From Candidatus Cloacimonadales bacterium (GTDB taxonomy: Bacteria; Cloacimonadota; Cloacimonadia; Cloacimonadales; DAONDQ01), in assembly GCA_963662275.1 (NCBI GenBank), contig OY759316.1, positions 2,816,001-2,880,000 of the forward strand: a DNA stretch of 64,000 nt, read 5' to 3'. How positions within the stretch are numbered: position 1 is the first letter of the stretch; every line of letters begins with the position of its first letter. Of the stretch, positions 1 through 9,037 are shown piece after piece. The position numbers were made by a program, and so were the translations under genes. Below the pieces are notes generated by a model. The model did not search any database. It was not told where the DNA came from and saw nothing but the letters and a program-made list of their open reading frames with translations.

Positions 1-2476
1 TGTCATGAATCAGACAATTATCAATTATAGCAGATGTGCTTGAAATACAAATAGCACCATAATTTGAATCTTCAATTAATCCATTATTATAGAATTTACA
101 AGCAGTTAATGTGATAGGAACTGATGAGCTTAACGCTATTCCGTTCTCAAAATTACGCACAGTACAATTATCTAATGTCACATGTGCAATATGTCTTGAG
201 AATGATAAACCTTCATAATTTGAGAGTAACCGCCCTTCAATCGTCAAACGATGGAAGATAAGTTGATTAATGGGGTTTTGAGCATTAACAATTATTGATC
301 CTCGAATTACAATATTCGGATATAGACCGCTAATCGTTAAGCTTGGAATTGAAGAAGGAAGTTGCGATAGATTAATGTTTTCTTCATATGGCGTGGCAAC
401 TCCGTTTACAATATTTCCAAGATCCACGTTAATTGTAACCGGTTGGGTAATCGTCTGCTCACTTTCTACAATTGCTCCTATTGCTTCAGTAATAGTTTCA
501 TATCCCCCTGAACGGGAAGAAACCCTGATGTTATTGTATGGACACAAATGAACTTGTAGATTATCAATAGAAGTTGTTGAAGCATTTGTTGCATTGTAAT
601 GAAATAGGACATATTTGATTGTTGGAAGAAAGCCTGCCTTTTCAAAAACAATTTTGATATTCGCATCCTTAAGTATGGTATATGGAACGAAAAATGAACC
701 ATTAGCATGAACAAATTCATCTTCCATTTTTGTCGGTAACAATATTCCATTTACATATGCTTTAACGGTAATGTCACTGCAATTTGGTTCATCCACAATA
801 CCGGATATAGTGAAAATCGCACGGTTTTCAAATTCTGATGACCATTTGAGAGCCTTACCAAAAACATTATTGTCAGCGACTGTCTGATCATCAACTTCAT
901 GACGCCAATACCATTTAGGACCACCTGATGGACCAGTGAGAGGCATACCCAACATTGATTTATAGATAACTTTATCAAAGTTTGAATGATCTTCGATGTA
1001 TTTTTCAAGTGTCCAATCTACTGGTTTCATAACTGTATTTATTGATGTAAAATTAGAAATATCAAATTGAGAATCTGTTGGGGATAAGCCAGATTTACTA
1101 GCATTTTTTAAGTACAACGAAGAGCGTGTTGCAGCAATTGGAATGTCATAATTAAACATTCTATCTTCTTCAGGTTCCAAACCAAATGTAGAACCAGGCT
1201 GGCAATCATAAGGCAAGGATGGGACAGTTCGATTCGAAGAATAGAAAATTTCCGGGATTACAGTGTTGATGACAACTAAGTTAGGAACATTATTTACGTT
1301 ACCACTTTGTTCGAGCATTCCGTTTGAAATCGCAATACTCTGAATATTATTTTGCTTATAAGGAAATCCTGGCTTTTGACCGAGAGAGCTTCCATTATAA
1401 TAATTCAATAATTCGCTAACTTGTGCTGTATTGTCCCAATTTTGAATGTATTGAATGCGATCTTCTTGATTCATTTCTGAAAAAAAATCAGTACAATCTG
1501 CATTAGTATTCCCCATTCCATTATAATTGCTTTCTGAATTTGCATTTGTCCTAATTAGCTGCTTTGCCGAAGTACTATTAGAACTCAGTACTAATAATTG
1601 CAATCTTATATCACCCCCAAAGGAATTTACATCATCATTAAGTTCGTTAATTGAATCTATAAAATTCCAACTTACCATAGCACCTCTTTGCGGACTATCA
1701 ATTGCAACGTACTGATGACAATAATGAGGAATATTATTTTGTTCTGCAAAAGCCAAAGCATAACGGGAAAGAATACCTCCCATTGAAAATCCAGCTAATA
1801 TGGTTCCTTCGACCTCGGTATTTCCGTATAAGGAATGCACAAACTGGGTAGCTTGCAGGGTTGCCATAGCATTTGTTCGGGCATCTGTCCTACAGTCATT
1901 AAAAGTAAGTAAATAAATATCAAACTGACTTAAATCAAGATTTAATGTGGACAATTCAGATATTTTATGAAGGTGGTCTTTCCAATAATAGTATCGGCTT
2001 TTTGAATTTATCGGGTCATCACCATCAACAATGAGAAGAGGACGTTTTATAGATGATGTTGCATTTCCCTGTTGAAGAATATACAACATGTCTCCAGATG
2101 CGTTTTGATAAACTGAATTCATCGGAACAACAGAAAATTGTGGAGTTGCTTCTTCTACTAGTTCAGTGAAATCCTCTTGTGTGTCATAATAGTCAGCCCA
2201 TCCAGGTGGTGAATCAACATATAGTTCTATTTTTACCCCAAATTGATATGCTTGCTGATTGAGATGTTCCGAGCGAAGTGTAATAATGTTTCCATTCCAA
2301 TTTGTATTAATTAGATAAGTAGTATTAAACACATAATCAGTTGGAAATTCATCATTAGAAATTGTTTTTAGCTCTCCAAAAAATTGATAAGAACCAACTT
2401 CCAGAGGATGCTTTATGGATACTGTATGTATACTATATTTATTTACTTCGAATATATGATATCTTCTTATTAAAAC
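1..2476 (-). CDS. Partial large protein: alpha/beta-hydrolase (lipase/esterase-like) domain followed by a probable right-handed beta-helix; runs off the left edge, start uncertain
   Basis: Manual translation of parts of the minus frame below TAG at 2477-2479, all in one frame: KRPLLIVDGDDP, ILAGFSMGGILSRYAL (GxSxG, ATG at 1781-1783), VAIDSPQRGA, GGYETITEAI..YEENINL, GAICISSTSAIIDNCLIHD. Not in the ORF track because no stop lies inside the window. First GTG is at 2332. Confidence 0.8.
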
Positions 2477-2550
2477 CTACTGCACACTTTTAATAACAAT
2501 TGACAATACCTAATGCTTTTCTACAACTGGAACAGATTTGGAGGATATCT

Positions 2551-4440
2551 ATGCTGAATAGACTTTTTCTTTTCATGTTAATGAGTTTATTCCTATTAAC
2601 ATCCTGTACGATAGAACGGAAACATACGAATCCATTTGACCCGCTTATGAATATCACAACTTCTCCAAGTGGTTTAACCTTGGAACAGACCAGCGTTTCA
2701 TCAATACAGCTAAGTTGGAATGATACCTTCGAAGGTGAGACTGGATATCGTATTGACCGTAAAATCGGAAATGGAGTGTGGCAGCAGGTATATGCCCAAA
2801 CCAATAAAAACGTAAGTAATTATGTCGATGATAACATTCAGTTGAATGTGATATATTATTATCAAGTGTATGCACAGTTCGATGAAAACTATTCACTTCC
2901 TATCAGTGGAAATCTCAATACGATTATAGCTGCACCAACACAATTAGTAATAACTCAAACAGGAGTAACAACCGATCTTCTCCAATGGCAGGATAATAGC
3001 GCATGGGAAGATGGATTCATAATTGACCGAAAAGCAGGAACAGAAAACTGGGTGATAAATTACGATACTGTCGTGGCAAATCAAACACTGTATAGTGATA
3101 CTGATCTTATCCTGGATGTTTCTTATTCATATCGCATTAGGGCTTATGTAAATGAGACTTCAAGTGCATATTCGGAAACTACAACCATTACGCCTACTTC
3201 CACAGTGGCAACACCTGTTATGAATCCCGCCGGAGGTGTATATTCTTCTGCTCAAACAGTCACAATTTCATGCACTACAGCAGGAGCAACGATTCGATAC
3301 ACGACGAATGGTAGTCTGCCAACTTCATCCTCAACAGTATATTCGACACCCATAAGCCTTACTTCAACGGAAACAATTAAAGCGAAAGCGTTTAAGACAA
3401 ACTGGACTGATAGTCCTATCGCTTCTGAATCATATACAATTGAACAAATAGTAGCATTACCTACGATCAATCCCGCCAGCGGTACTTATACTTCTGTCCA
3501 AACTGTCACAGTTTCATGCACTACAGCAGGAGCAACGATTCGATATACAACGAATGGTAATGAACCTACTTCGTCATCAACTGTATATTCTAGCTCTTTT
3601 AACGTATCTTCTACAACAACCGTTAAAGCCAAAGCATTCAAAACCGGCTGGACGGATAGTCAGACAGCTACTTCTATTATTACGATAACGAGCATCCCTG
3701 TTAACCTGGTCTTAGTGCAGGGAGGTACTTTCAATAACGGAATCTCAAATGTGACTGTATCATCCTTTTACCTTGATAAATATGAGATTACACAAGCTTC
3801 CTATGAAACTGTTATGGGTAGTAATCCTGCCTCCGGATCTGGTGTTGGCAGTAACTATCCGGTATATTCAGTTTCCTGGTTTAATGCGATTGAATACTGT
3901 AACAAAAGAAGTATAGGTGAAAGTTTAACTCCTTGTTATAGCTACAGCACTTATGGATCAAATCCCCTGAGCTGGCCAACCGGGTGGAATACAGATGTGA
4001 ACAATAACACCAATGTATCCTGCAGTTGGACTGTCAATGGCTACAGGCTTCCTACCGAAGCAGAATGGCAGTTTGCAGCGCGGGGAGGCAATTCGACCCA
4101 TAACTATACTTACAGTGGCAGTAATACTATTGATGGCGTAGCTTGGTACGGAATAAATTCAGGTGATGTAACACATATAGTGGGTACAAAAACTGCCAAT
4201 GAGCTTGGTCTGTTCGATATGACCGGTAATGTATGGGAATGGACTTGGGACATTTATGGAACTTACTCAAATAGTGACCAGAATAATCCGCATGGTGCTG
4301 TAAGCGGATTATTTCGCATACATCGCGGAGGCAGTTGGAACAATAGTGCCAGCGATTGCACTGTTTCGGGGCGATTCTCCGGATATGCCACTGTCGATAA
4401 CGTTGATTTAGGCTTCCGTGTTTGTAAAAATGCCCCCTGA
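2551..4440 (+). CDS. Lipoprotein with 2 Fn3 domains, 2 chitobiase/beta-hexosaminidase C-terminal-like repeats and a C-terminal FGE-sulfatase (SUMF1, C-lectin fold) domain
   Basis: GGAGG at 2540-2544 before ATG 2551; lipobox LLTSC; repeats TAGATIRYTTNG..PT; motifs YRLPTEAEW, NELGLFDMTGNVWEW, RGGSW, LGFR. Confidence 0.9.
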   Translation: MLNRLFLFMLMSLFLLTSCTIERKHTNPFDPLMNITTSPSGLTLEQTSVSSIQLSWNDTFEGETGYRIDRKIGNGVWQQVYAQTNKNVSNYVDDNIQLNVIYYYQVYAQFDENYSLPISGNLNTIIAAPTQLVITQTGVTTDLLQWQDNSAWEDGFIIDRKAGTENWVINYDTVVANQTLYSDTDLILDVSYSYRIRAYVNETSSAYSETTTITPTSTVATPVMNPAGGVYSSAQTVTISCTTAGATIRYTTNGSLPTSSSTVYSTPISLTSTETIKAKAFKTNWTDSPIASESYTIEQIVALPTINPASGTYTSVQTVTVSCTTAGATIRYTTNGNEPTSSSTVYSSSFNVSSTTTVKAKAFKTGWTDSQTATSIITITSIPVNLVLVQGGTFNNGISNVTVSSFYLDKYEITQASYETVMGSNPASGSGVGSNYPVYSVSWFNAIEYCNKRSIGESLTPCYSYSTYGSNPLSWPTGWNTDVNNNTNVSCSWTVNGYRLPTEAEWQFAARGGNSTHNYTYSGSNTIDGVAWYGINSGDVTHIVGTKTANELGLFDMTGNVWEWTWDIYGTYSNSDQNNPHGAVSGLFRIHRGGSWNNSASDCTVSGRFSGYATVDNVDLGFRVCKNAP

Positions 4441-4641
4441 TAAGGAATAACTACCAAATCCTGTATGATTCTCTGCTCTGCCAATCTTTACATAAAAGCT
4501 AAGAGTTTGGAGTTCAATTTCCCAAGCAAAACTATCAGTAACCACCTAGCTAAAGGGGAAATTGGACTTCAAACACGACCTTTCACCATCGGTAGCGAAA
4601 AATCATTTTCTGGGAAATTCAAATTAGAGCTGTGATGTTAT

Positions 4642-4688
4642 GAACGCACGGGGTGCGTTCTGCCACCTCACGGAGTGAGGCGTTCCGA
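4642..4688. repeat. Two adjacent GC-rich hairpins (REP-like)
   Basis: GAACGCAC-ggg-GTGCGTTC and CCTCAC-gga-GTGAGG. Confidence 0.6.
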
Positions 4689-4706
4689 TCACTTCGAACA
4701 TAAGAG

Positions 4707-4775
4707 CATTACGGTACCAATACGGTAGCAATACGGTAGCATTACGGTAAAAAACCGTATTCGTACCGTAATGGT
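4707..4775. repeat. 11-bp-period direct repeats inverted about a central A-tract
   Basis: CAWTACGGTAN x4 (4707-4750), then inverted ACCGTAWT copies at 4754 and 4765. Confidence 0.85.
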
Positions 4776-4793
4776 ATAGCAGTGGAACGGTAA

Positions 4794-4856
4794 TTGATTT
4801 AAGATTGAAGATTGAAGACTTCCAGAAACTTAAAACTAATAACTAAGAGTGGCAGA
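4794..4856 (+). repeat. Degenerate heptamer array (AAGATTG-type) ending in TGGCAGA
   Basis: aagattg aagattg aagactt ... ctaataa ctaagag tggcaga. Confidence 0.6.
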
Positions 4857-4976
4857 GGGGAAAGCAACCCCCTTATCTGTAATTCGATTATCACTTGAAA
4901 CTCCCTGCCACTTTTCTTGCTTGACATATTCATTTCAGTTAAATTATAGATAAATCTTGCAATTTAGGAAGTGAGT

Positions 4977-7073
4977 ATGAAATACATTCTTTTTTGCTTC
5001 TTGTTTCTTTTTTTATCAACTATGTTTGCCAACACTTTTACTTCTATCAATACAAGTATGCTTGGTGCAATGTGGGATTCAGCAATTTGGGGAGACTATG
5101 ATAACGACGGTTACCTGGATGTCTTAATCGCCGGTTTCGCAAATTCAAGTATTTATATATCCTGGCTTTATCACAATAATGGTAATGGCACATTTACCAG
5201 GGTCAGTTCCGGAATACCGAGTGTTGAGTATAGCTATGCAGCCTGGGGGGATTACAATAATGATGGTTATCTAGATATTTTATTAAACGGCTATGATACA
5301 AATAATCTAATTTCTAGAATATATCGGAATAACGGTAATGGGACTTTCACAGATATCAGTGCCGGATTAACAGGTGTCAACCAGGGTTGCTGCCAATGGG
5401 GGGATTATGACAACGATGGGGATTTGGATGTACTTCTTACAGGATCCTTGACACCCGGTTATGGTGGTAATTCTCAAGTATCTAGGTTATATAGAAATAA
5501 TGGCAATGACACTTTTACAGAAGTTCCAGCAGGATTAATGGGATTGACTTATAGTTGCTGCCAATTTTTTGATTATGATAACGATGGAGATCTGGATATT
5601 TTAATAACCGGTGGCTATCAAGACACAAATGGTCAGTATATTTGTGAATCTAATCTTTACAGAAATGATGGAAATGGTTCTTTTATTTTGACTAATTCCG
5701 GATTAACCGGTGTTTGTGAAGGCTCCATTGCTGTCGGTGACTACAACAATGATGGTTATTTAGACCTCTTTTTGACCGGCTTTACTGGAACCATCGATGC
5801 AAATCGTGTTTCTAAGTTGTTCAGAAATAACCACGATAGCACTTTTACAGAAATAACATCTGATTTTATTGGTGTCAATGATGGCGGTGCGGCAACTTGG
5901 GGTGATTTTGACAATGACGGTGATCCGGATATTGTGCTGACAGGTTGTTACCAGGAAAATCCCACAGGAAAAGTAACCCGTTTGTATAGCAATGATGGCA
6001 ATGACATCTTCACAGATTCCCATGCCGGATTCTTAGATGTCTTTCATAGTACTGTAGCATGGGGAGACTATGACAACGATCATGATTTGGATTTATTGTT
6101 AACCGGATCGAATACCCAAACTTATGCAAAACTATATCAGAATAACGGTGGCTTGAGCAATACAAAACCTAATGCTCCTACCAATTTGCGGGTTACATAT
6201 CCTGGTGGTGCATATGTTAATTTTCAATGGGACACTGCTTCAGATCAACAGACTCCTTCTAATGGTCTGAATTACAATTTAAGGATAGGCTCAACACCGG
6301 GTGGAAATCAAATCGTGTCTTCCATGTCAAATTCAAGTGGATTCAGACACATTCCGTTTCGAGGAAATGCCAACTCAAATTGCAGTTGGAAAATACTTGT
6401 TTCAGCCTTACCAGTTCACTTTTATTGGAGTGTCCAAGCAATTGACGGAGCTTTTGAGGGTTCTTCCTTTGCACCAGAAGAGGAAGGTTATTCACAAGCA
6501 GCAGTTCTTTTATTAACATCTTCAAATGTTCAATTCGGTAATGTTGTTTATGAAGAACAATCGAATAGCGTTGGAGTCATTATCCAAAATACCGGATTGA
6601 ATTCTCTATCCATCAGCAACATTCATTTTCAGGGTACCCAATTTCATCAAAATTATTCCTATTTAGGAAGGTCAATCGCCCCTGGTGATACAGCTACGAT
6701 ATTGGTCACGTTTACTCCAGCAGCTATAGGTGCAAATTCAGATACACTATATATTGAATCCAATGCTGTTAATACCCCGATAGTAAAAGTTCATCTAACA
6801 GGTATCGGCATACATATTCCTCCCAAAAGTCCAGCAAATCTGATAGTCAATATCATTGATGATGATATTCATCTAACCTGGGATGCTGTAACACAGGATA
6901 CACATAATAATCCACTTATCACTGACTACTACAATATTTATTATAATGCTACTTCAAATCCTTATGGTCATTATATTTACCTGGACCGTGTTATGACTAA
7001 TCAATGCGTTATTGATATAGGACTTCAAGGATATTTCAAATTCTATAAGATTTCTGCGGTGAAGGAATACTAG
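4977..7073 (+). CDS. Secreted FG-GAP/VCBS-repeat beta-propeller protein with Fn3, Ig-like (choice-of-anchor D-like) and C-terminal Fn3-like domains
   Basis: Signal peptide MKYILFCFLFLFLSTMFA; seven (WG)DYDNDGxLD repeats; TTGACA at 4921. Confidence 0.9.
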   Translation: MKYILFCFLFLFLSTMFANTFTSINTSMLGAMWDSAIWGDYDNDGYLDVLIAGFANSSIYISWLYHNNGNGTFTRVSSGIPSVEYSYAAWGDYNNDGYLDILLNGYDTNNLISRIYRNNGNGTFTDISAGLTGVNQGCCQWGDYDNDGDLDVLLTGSLTPGYGGNSQVSRLYRNNGNDTFTEVPAGLMGLTYSCCQFFDYDNDGDLDILITGGYQDTNGQYICESNLYRNDGNGSFILTNSGLTGVCEGSIAVGDYNNDGYLDLFLTGFTGTIDANRVSKLFRNNHDSTFTEITSDFIGVNDGGAATWGDFDNDGDPDIVLTGCYQENPTGKVTRLYSNDGNDIFTDSHAGFLDVFHSTVAWGDYDNDHDLDLLLTGSNTQTYAKLYQNNGGLSNTKPNAPTNLRVTYPGGAYVNFQWDTASDQQTPSNGLNYNLRIGSTPGGNQIVSSMSNSSGFRHIPFRGNANSNCSWKILVSALPVHFYWSVQAIDGAFEGSSFAPEEEGYSQAAVLLLTSSNVQFGNVVYEEQSNSVGVIIQNTGLNSLSISNIHFQGTQFHQNYSYLGRSIAPGDTATILVTFTPAAIGANSDTLYIESNAVNTPIVKVHLTGIGIHIPPKSPANLIVNIIDDDIHLTWDAVTQDTHNNPLITDYYNIYYNATSNPYGHYIYLDRVMTNQCVIDIGLQGYFKFYKISAVKEY

Positions 7074-7077
7074 TCCC

Positions 7078-8938
7078 GAGACTGTTCATGAAGTTATTCA
7101 TAATATTCAATAAGTTAGAAAGTAGCAAGTTGAAAAAAGTGGTCGAAACGGTCATAATTTAACATACCTTCCAGAATTGACAGATAAGCTCTGCTAAGGA
7201 CACCAAATCACAAGTTAAGCTTTTTGACTAAAATTGAAAAACACGCGATTATAAGTAATGTTTCGAAGCCGTTTCTGACTAAATGTGTAGTTAAAATCAT
7301 ATAAAATAGTTCTTTACAAGTTTTTTGCTATAGCTTCAATGGCATTTGTTACCTGGTAACAAAAGGGAGGATATTATGACAAAAAAACACTCCAATTCAA
7401 GAAGCGGTAAGTGTTAGTCATGAAAGTAACCAATACCATGTAAGTATTAACGTACCATTTTCATTCACTTTGCCTGAGACAACATCAAACCACAAGTTCT
7501 TAATAGCGTTTCTACGCTTATTAGTAGGAATAGGCGGAGACAACCTCCTTACACTTCAGCAAATAGCTGATCTGTTTAACTACGCAGACCGCAGGAATGT
7601 ACATAATTTCTGGCAAGAGTTTGAGCAGCATGGTCATGATATCCTGGCATATTTAAGCCGGAAAGTTGACCTGCTGGAGTGTATTCCTCAGATCGAGAAT
7701 TTTGTTATCAATAACCTGCTTTTACCTTTAAATGTCATGTATCAGGAGTTCATCAGCCATCATGATTTTAAAATGTCCTATACCACTTTCTGCAAATATG
7801 CTTCTCAGGTCAATTCTCTGTCTGTAGTTAAGCAAGCTCAGAAGCTTCTTCTGAAAAAGACAGTAGGCGGTGATGCTGTACATCTGCTGAAACTGCTTGC
7901 CGGTCAGCAGAATACACCTGTTATCTGTGACAGACTCCTGGAACAAATGAAGACTGCTAAAGGCAATACATCCCATAGAACCGCCGATGCAAAGCCGTTC
8001 CATAGTCTGGAACGCAAGAACCTGTGTCTGCTGGTACATTACCTGGTTGGAAGCGGTATGAACTTCGAGACGATAGCTTTGCTGCTCAACACCTGTAAAG
8101 CTACAGTCTCAAATCTCTGGCATGAAATCGCTGACCTGCAGAGCCTGATTCTGAACTCAATCGGTAAGTGGAGCGGAAAGATCAGCATTGATGAGAAATA
8201 TGTGAAGATCAAAGGTATTCCGTACTATGTCATCAGTATTGTTGATTTTGTGACTCACATCCCTCTGTTTTGTGAGTTGTATCCTGACACAAAGAAAGAA
8301 TCATTCGAAGCATGTTTCAGAACCTTCAGACAGCTCTACAGGAAAGATCCAACCCTGATTGTCAGTGATGGCAGTAAATCGTTAGCAGTTGCAAGAAAAA
8401 CAGTGTTTCCAAAAGTCCATTACCAACTCTGTAAGTTCCATAAGATACGAAATCTCTTCAAAAGAATCAGTCAATGTCATCTCCCTGAAGACAGGGACAA
8501 GTTCTTTAAGAAGAGGATTATGAAAGCTTTCCGAAGAGAAACGGCGGGCGGAAGGAAAAAGGGTATCGCAAGCCTGACAGCTATTACTCCCCCAACCGCC
8601 GCCGAATACATCAAAAGCAATATCATTAGTGATTGGAGACACCTCAGCAAAGGTTTGACTTCCAATGTCTCTGAACGCTGGAACCGCAAAATCAAGAAGG
8701 TGACATCCGGTAGATTTGGACTAAAATCTGAAGAAACCACCCGCAACCTTGTGTTTTCGCTTTGGTTCAAAGAACTGGTCGATAAAGGTCAACCAATCAT
8801 GCGTCAGGAATCACTTTTAGCAAGTTTAAATATCTCCCGCATATGTCAAGAAAATGTGGATTGGTCGCACTTAGACCACTTTTTCTCTGTCACTACCAAT
8901 AAGGCTGCGTAAAATGGAGGTTAATTTTGAACAGTCTC
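7078..8938 (+). mobile_element. Insertion sequence, Mutator/IS256-like DDE element, 1861 bp
   Basis: Terminal IR GAGACTGTTCA (7078-7088) / TGAACAGTCTC (8928-8938); 8-bp direct repeat CTAGTCCC at 7070-7077 and 8939-8946; single transposase ORF. Confidence 0.92.
7470..8912 (+). CDS. DDE transposase (true start probably ATG 7376 via a 1-nt frameshift)
   Basis: SIDEKYVKIKG, LIVSDG, QLCKFH (CxxH), TSNVSERWN. Confidence 0.88.
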   Translation: MPETTSNHKFLIAFLRLLVGIGGDNLLTLQQIADLFNYADRRNVHNFWQEFEQHGHDILAYLSRKVDLLECIPQIENFVINNLLLPLNVMYQEFISHHDFKMSYTTFCKYASQVNSLSVVKQAQKLLLKKTVGGDAVHLLKLLAGQQNTPVICDRLLEQMKTAKGNTSHRTADAKPFHSLERKNLCLLVHYLVGSGMNFETIALLLNTCKATVSNLWHEIADLQSLILNSIGKWSGKISIDEKYVKIKGIPYYVISIVDFVTHIPLFCELYPDTKKESFEACFRTFRQLYRKDPTLIVSDGSKSLAVARKTVFPKVHYQLCKFHKIRNLFKRISQCHLPEDRDKFFKKRIMKAFRRETAGGRKKGIASLTAITPPTAAEYIKSNIISDWRHLSKGLTSNVSERWNRKIKKVTSGRFGLKSEETTRNLVFSLWFKELVDKGQPIMRQESLLASLNISRICQENVDWSHLDHFFSVTTNKAA

Positions 8939-9037
8939 CTAGTCCCCAAGACTTTCGCATCTGCATTTTCTTCTTGACATCCCTTTCTTACTAACACTCA
9001 GATAAATAGATTAGATTTATCTCATGAGGAGTAGTTT

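Noticed and set aside
478..1715. Short ORFs 478-750, 751-1008, 1527-1715
   Set aside because: Shadows of the long minus-strand hydrolase frame
3221..3660. DNA direct repeat with 246-bp spacing
   Set aside because: Explained by the two tandem chitobiase-like protein domains
4439..4453. 15-bp match GATAAGGAATAACTA also at 38851-38865, both at stop codons
   Set aside because: Only two copies of an AT-rich word; compatible with chance
4441..4970. DGR template repeat or RT next to the FGE gene
   Set aside because: No AAC-rich copy of the variable-region-like segment and no RT ORF found by eye in this window
7092..7117. Imperfect palindrome with an 8-bp spacer resembling a tyrosine-recombinase site
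   Set aside because: Lies inside the IS left end, arms match only 7/9, and no recombinase is nearby
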